DNA of 64,000 nt from an uncultured Nitrososphaeraceae archaeon (GTDB lineage: Archaea > Thermoproteota > Nitrososphaeria > Nitrososphaerales > Nitrososphaeraceae). The translations under genes were made by a program, and so were the position numbers. The stretch is taken from positions 17,209 through 81,208 of the forward strand of contig CAWGVG010000007.1 of NCBI GenBank assembly GCA_963825865.1, given 5' to 3'. Positions 59,347 through 64,000 of this stretch are shown one piece after another. How positions within the stretch are numbered: position 1 is the first letter of the stretch; each line of letters opens with the position of its first letter. The notes under the pieces are model-generated. The model was given only the letters and a program-made list of their open reading frames with translations. It was not told the origin of the DNA and searched no databases.

Positions 59347-59911
59347 CTAAGTTGTAGTATTGATACTTTGCAACAGAGTAATTATTCTAATTACTGGTTA
59401 TTGAATTTTGCTTGTTTACTGTAGATAGCCTTTGATGGTTTAGTAAATTCTATATACTTACGGTGTATGCGTAAAGAACAAAAGCTTTTAAAACTAAAGC
59501 ATCATTTACATTATCGATAAGAGAAAAGCATTATTGAAAGGATAGAACAGAATCTTTTGATTACCATTTTTCCATGTGTGAAGGAAGGATGTAAATTACA
59601 GCATGTTAGAAATTGGTTCAATCTGTTCATTGATTATCACAATAAGGGGGTGATTGATTAAGTTAACAACGCCGATAATACTTCGGTAAGATCAAGTAAT
59701 AAATTCGCACATACGGATTGAATAGATGCGTAGTTGATTCATAGAATAGAAGCATCCGAAAAAGTTATATTTTCTAGTCTAAGTTGTAGTATTGATTCTT
59801 TGCAACAGAGTAATTTCTCTAATTACTGGTTAATGAATTTTGCTTGTTTACTGTAGATAGCCTTTAATGGTTTAGTAAATTCTTTACGGTATATGCGTAA
59901 AGAACAAAAGC
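59347..59911 (+). repeat. ~135-bp imperfect direct repeat (59347-59485 and 59779-59911)
   Basis: ctaagttgtagtattgat...gcgtaaagaacaaaagc in both copies. Confidence 0.9.
59486..59673 (+). mobile_element. IS6-family transposase 3' remnant with putative right terminal inverted repeat
   Basis: LKLKHHLH..EKSIIER...CKLQHVRNWFNLFIDYHN; end reads GGCGTTGTTAACTT on the minus strand, IS6-like. Confidence 0.55.
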
Positions 59912-60092
59912 ACAAGACGAGAAGAGAAAATTAACCTATTGAAAACTGACAGGCTGTACAAGGTTGGAATGATAATTTTAACAGAACACATGAGAAGGAT
60001 AATCGATATATCTTAGATAATTGTTAAGGTAGAGAATTTGCCATTGTAGTGGATGTTATTGGTAAGATAGTTGGAGCAGTTACAGTAGTTGC

Positions 60093-60308
60093 CTAGAATA
60101 GCTTGAATTGGCCTGCTGAGACTCTAAATACAAAAGAGCGGAAAAATACTCCTGCTATTACAGGTAGTATTTTCATTATTCGTTTCAAAGTGAAACCAAC
60201 CAAAAAACCTACTATACTGCCAAAACCAATAATACTTATGATATTATGGTTTCCAGCTCTTGTTTTTGTTGCATACAATGTTGTTGTTGTTGATATTGCA
60301 AAAACCAT
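60093..60308 (-). pseudogene. FUN14-family membrane protein fragment
   Basis: IGFGSIVGFLVGFTLKRIMKILPVIAGVFF. Confidence 0.6.
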
Positions 60309-60799
60309 ATAGATTTACTACACGAAGACCATATCTCTTTCCATTTAAAACCACAAATATTGCAACTCCACAATTGAATAGAGTGGGTATCATCTATCTT
60401 ATGTCTTTCAAGTGTTAAACAGCCAGATGATTTACAATCAGGACAGGCAGCCGGTAAGATAGCACTTTTGTAAGCTGATCAACTCCGAATTGAACCAAGT
60501 TAGTGTTAAATGTTATTAACAAATCTCTTATTAATTCTTTTTATTACTTTATATTCTAATCATGTTAGGTAAGATTTTAAGTTCGTCAACTTACATTTTC
60601 TTAACAAATACTTCAGAATATCAAGGTTGAAACGTTTTGTCCTGTAATACTCAGCAATATCCTTCTTTAGGTTAGAAAATTTGGGATAGTATATTGATAT
60701 AAACAGATCATCTTTTTCCTGTTTCCAAGATTCTTCAACAGCGCTGAATCCAGGTGATCCTTTGGTAAATATTCAACTCATAATAATAATAATAATAAT

Positions 60800-61085
60800 A
60801 ACATCCTTATTTTTTCTTCCAATAAGATTGATGAAAAAGTAAACCTAACAAAGGATCAACACGAGGTTTTGAATATCATTTGTGACACATATCAAATATC
60901 TATCTCAGAATACATGCAAGAAGCACTAGTTGAAGCAATGAAGTTTGATCTAGAAGAAGGGAATTTCTGTGATGTTCTGTTAGGCAAGATAGACAGACGA
61001 GGATAAGAAAAAGAATAATAATTCTTCTTCTCCTCTTACATCAATGAATAATGAATTAGATATGCTTAAGAAGTTGCAGATATAG
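60800..61085 (+). pseudogene. Paralogue of hypothetical gene 1586..1996
   Basis: Near-identical DNA; ends DMLKKLQI. Confidence 0.75.
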
Positions 61086-61129
61086 TTACATAAGACTTCG
61101 TAAAAAATGGCACTAAATCTTATATAACC
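61084..61129 (+). repeat. Palindromic site, copy 3 (degenerate)
   Basis: AGTTACATAAGAC-ttcgtaaaaaatggcactaa-ATCTTATATAACC. Confidence 0.85.
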
Positions 61130-61199
61130 GAGCCTATATTATTCATTCTGTCATCTAGTCGCTATTTAGATATCCAGTTACTGAGCATGTTATCATTTT

Positions 61200-61430
61200 T
61201 CGATTCTTTATTTTTGGCATATGTCTACCAATTTATTTTTTCTTTAGCTTCTTATTTTCAGGATCTTTCCAATACGCATAGTAGTAAGGCCCATGTTTCT
61301 GTTAACAAAGTCGCTTTCCGCACTTAATGTATTCTTTTCTTATTGTTGCATTCTCAGGTATTGATTTAGATTCTATTAGCACAAGCAAGTTCCCTTGATT
61401 TTATTTTATCAAATAACTTCTGCAAGTTGT
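61200..61430 (-). pseudogene. DUF6788-like paralogue of 4195..4627
   Basis: IPENATIRKEYIKCGKRLC*QKHGPYYYAYWKDPENKKLKKK. Confidence 0.75.
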
Positions 61431-61445
61431 GATATTGTATCTATG

Positions 61446-61649
61446 TCAGCTCGTAACTGCTGTCTGTGTTATTTTCAGCACCTCAATAATAATAATCTCC
61501 ACCTCCTTACTTTCTCCTCCTCTTTCTGTAAGTTCGTATGGAATTGATACAGCCAGGTCTAGCACCGATTCTATGCCATCTCTCTTTAGTTTATTTATCA
61601 AATATGGTTTAACATCCAGTAAGTCCTCCAGCGGGAAATCACTTAACAT
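61446..61649 (-). pseudogene. RadA-like N-terminal helix-hairpin-helix fragment
   Basis: LEDLLDVKPYLINKLKRDGIESVLDLAVS.P.EL. Confidence 0.55.
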
Positions 61650-61872
61650 GGGACACGATCTTAGTTCTGACCTCTTGATATTGCATTCGCATTGCCTTGC
61701 ATATAAATGAGAAAGTCACTTTAAGACAGGGAGAGGTCTTGTATAAATTAAACTCGAATTTTCTACAATGTCCCTCAATTTTTAGGTCTGCAAGTTCATG
61801 TAACACAATATAAGCAATCACATCACGAGGAGACTTTAGCAAATTAACATTCGAAGATATTCCATTCGCCAC
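61639..61872 (-). pseudogene. M48/YgjP-like metallopeptidase fragment
   Basis: NVNLLKSPRDVIAYIVLHELADLKIEGH. Confidence 0.6.
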
Positions 61873-61927
61873 ATCATTAAATCTAGCCTTATAGAATTGC
61901 AGTCTAAAGAAAAAAGAAAAGATAAGA

Positions 61928-63605
61928 TCAAACTATCCTAAGTAGTTGAATACAATAAGTCGAAATCTTATTTTTTTTAGACTTTTTTCGTTGAAACTTT
62001 CCAACAATCCAACCTGAAAATCCTCCTATAAAACCTCCTCCAATAAGAGCAATTGGTCCCCCAAAATCTTTCCAAAAGGTAGCTATTTTTTGTCCAGCAT
62101 CTAATCTTTTTTGAACTTGTACTGTTAAATCGGATGTTTGATTAACCGTATTAGCTTCTGTAGAAGGTACTTTAAATCCAAGATTTACTAAGCCAGATTT
62201 ACTATATGAAGACTCTTGATATACTACTGTAGGGAAAGATGAGTTTATTGATATAGGTAGAGTTTGAGGACCAATCTCTGCATTTCCAGAGACAACTATG
62301 TTTAAAGGTATTGTAGCCAAACCAAATGGTGGTATTTGTACCAAGTTGGAATCATATTCAACATCTATCCCAGAAGTGTTTTTTATGAAAATATTTGTTA
62401 GAGATTCAAAGGCAGTATCTGATTTTAACTGCAGCTCGACCTTTTTACTCTCTTCCTGTCTTATTTCAGACGGATTGGGCAGTACCGATATTTCTAATTT
62501 CGACGGAGGGATTAAGGCCCAGGCAGTATAATCACCTACTCTATCACTCACATCAGTTGTATTTCCCTTCTTTGCAAAGAAAATTACTCTATAGTTATCA
62601 GGTGATCCTATATCATTCAAATCTACGGATAAATTAACAAATCCTTCTTCTTGCCCTCCTCTTGGGAACCTTCCAAACAAATCTGTATTATTATATCTGT
62701 ACTCTCGACTATTCTAAAAACAGCAGGTGTTGCCCATTGTTCAAATTGCTTATTCCATAATTTATCATTGTCTGTTTTATTATAATTAACAATATAGTCA
62801 ATACCTGCCAGGATACCAGTTTTATTGTTATTATCTGCATCGATATACATTCCATAAGTAACCGTATTCAGTGTACGGGGAAAAAATGTAACTATGTGGA
62901 TGATATTGCCATCATTATATGCACCATTATTATCAATATTTTGCTGTTGCCAATTGCGTGGATACAATATACTGATACCATATGTATTGTTTTGGTAAGA
63001 TGAATAATTTGAATTTACTACATTTTCATTGTGAATATTGCCAATATCAAAGGAGTTTATCATGTTTTGAATAATTGGTTTATAATAATTAGCATAATTT
63101 GTTGGGGTCGCAGTATATTTGATAATATATGCTTTCCCGTCCTTTATTGTCCATATTTCTAAAGCAATCTCAGATTCCTGTTGTATATACCTTTACCATA
63201 TGTCATTTTACCATTTGTAGTATACACGATTCTATGCGCAGGATTACCTGCCAGAATTGTATTTTCACTTGATTGGATGTGATTAACAAAAGACTCGTTT
63301 ATTTTATTGATATTTGAGTTTGTATATTTGTCCAGAGTTATATTTTTAGAACCTAGATTTTCAACCCATATCTGTATATTATTCTTATTGCATTGTGAAA
63401 GTGCATCAATATATGAAGCTCGCTCGGGTTCGCAAGCCAACCACATAGTCGCATTTAAAGTCTTTCCGTTACTAATATAATCTGCCCTTGTTATATCGAT
63501 AGAACCATCCTTTTCAAATGGATATTTCTTTGTCCAATCAATCCAGTCGTTGCGACTATCGTTAATTACTTGAACAGAAAAAGAGGGAGAAAGCAGAAGC
63601 GTCAA
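61928..63605 (-). CDS. Large secreted, C-terminally anchored protein with PsbP-like repeats, frameshifted
   Basis: YQNNTYGISILYPRNW, ITLDKYT, LAGNPAHRIVY; C-terminal TM plus basic tail. Confidence 0.6.
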
Positions 63606-64000
63606 ATCCTGTAAGTTGCGATGTTGTTAATGCGAATGTTCCTACTTCTATTACTACTACTGCTGCTGCTCGTTAAGACGGCAACTATTGCCAGAGTTGT
63701 TTTTGTGTTGTTCATAATATTCGTCATCAGCGCAATACAATGTCAATATATATATTTCTAGTTGAGGGACGTGCATGTCATTGGTATAGGATTACTGGCA
63801 ACAGTGCTGAGTAGTATATATGATAACAGCAACTAATTTGGCTGCCGGATAAGGTGACATGTAGAGGAGCAAAGGCGCGACCCCTAACTCAATAACAACA
63901 GGCATTATGATTAATTAGACAATGGGCCTACTTCGTTTTTTATAATTTTTTTTCTTATTTTCTCTATTTCATTTTTTTATTTCTTTAGAACAGGATAATG

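Noticed and set aside
4029-61129. Palindrome copies 2 and 3 as ends of one 57-kb element
   Set aside because: They are in direct orientation but enclose core genes (histone, tRNAs, trp, metH), so a single excisable unit is unlikely.
33238-64000. Distal att duplication of the tRNA-Arg(GCG) 3' end
   Set aside because: No copy of GGTTCGAATCCCTCTGGACCCG found by eye.

Overview
AT-rich archaeal DNA, most consistent with a soil ammonia-oxidising archaeon (Nitrososphaerales/Thaumarchaeota). Supporting evidence is an archaeal histone, intron-containing tRNAs, a split MetH and several lineage-typical hypothetical families. Single-base frameshifts break even housekeeping genes (histone, trpC, trpA, metH), so most broken ORFs are probably long-read errors and are read here as single genes. 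Layout: (1) 1-4.6 kb, accessory fragments plus an inverted pair of palindrome-containing repeats. (2) About 4.9-14.4 kb, a tyrosine-integrase element at tRNA-Arg(CCT) carrying an apparently complete replisome: PriS-PriX primase, a putative SSB, and a probable SF3-like helicase/winged-helix protein that may be fused to a family-B DNA polymerase, with a symmetric iteron-like origin inside the linker. (3) 14.5-20.5 kb, hydrolase/SDR cargo and terminase remnants. (4) 20.5-33.2 kb, core genes (GNAT, histone, tRNA-Cys, DUF309, trpCBA, metH). (5) A second integrase element at tRNA-Arg(GCG), followed by a 27 kb mosaic of signalling genes, cargo and gene fragments. The best candidate for an undescribed system is the self-replicating helicase-PolB/SSB/primase element with its intragenic origin. 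All family assignments come from motif recognition; no database searches were run.
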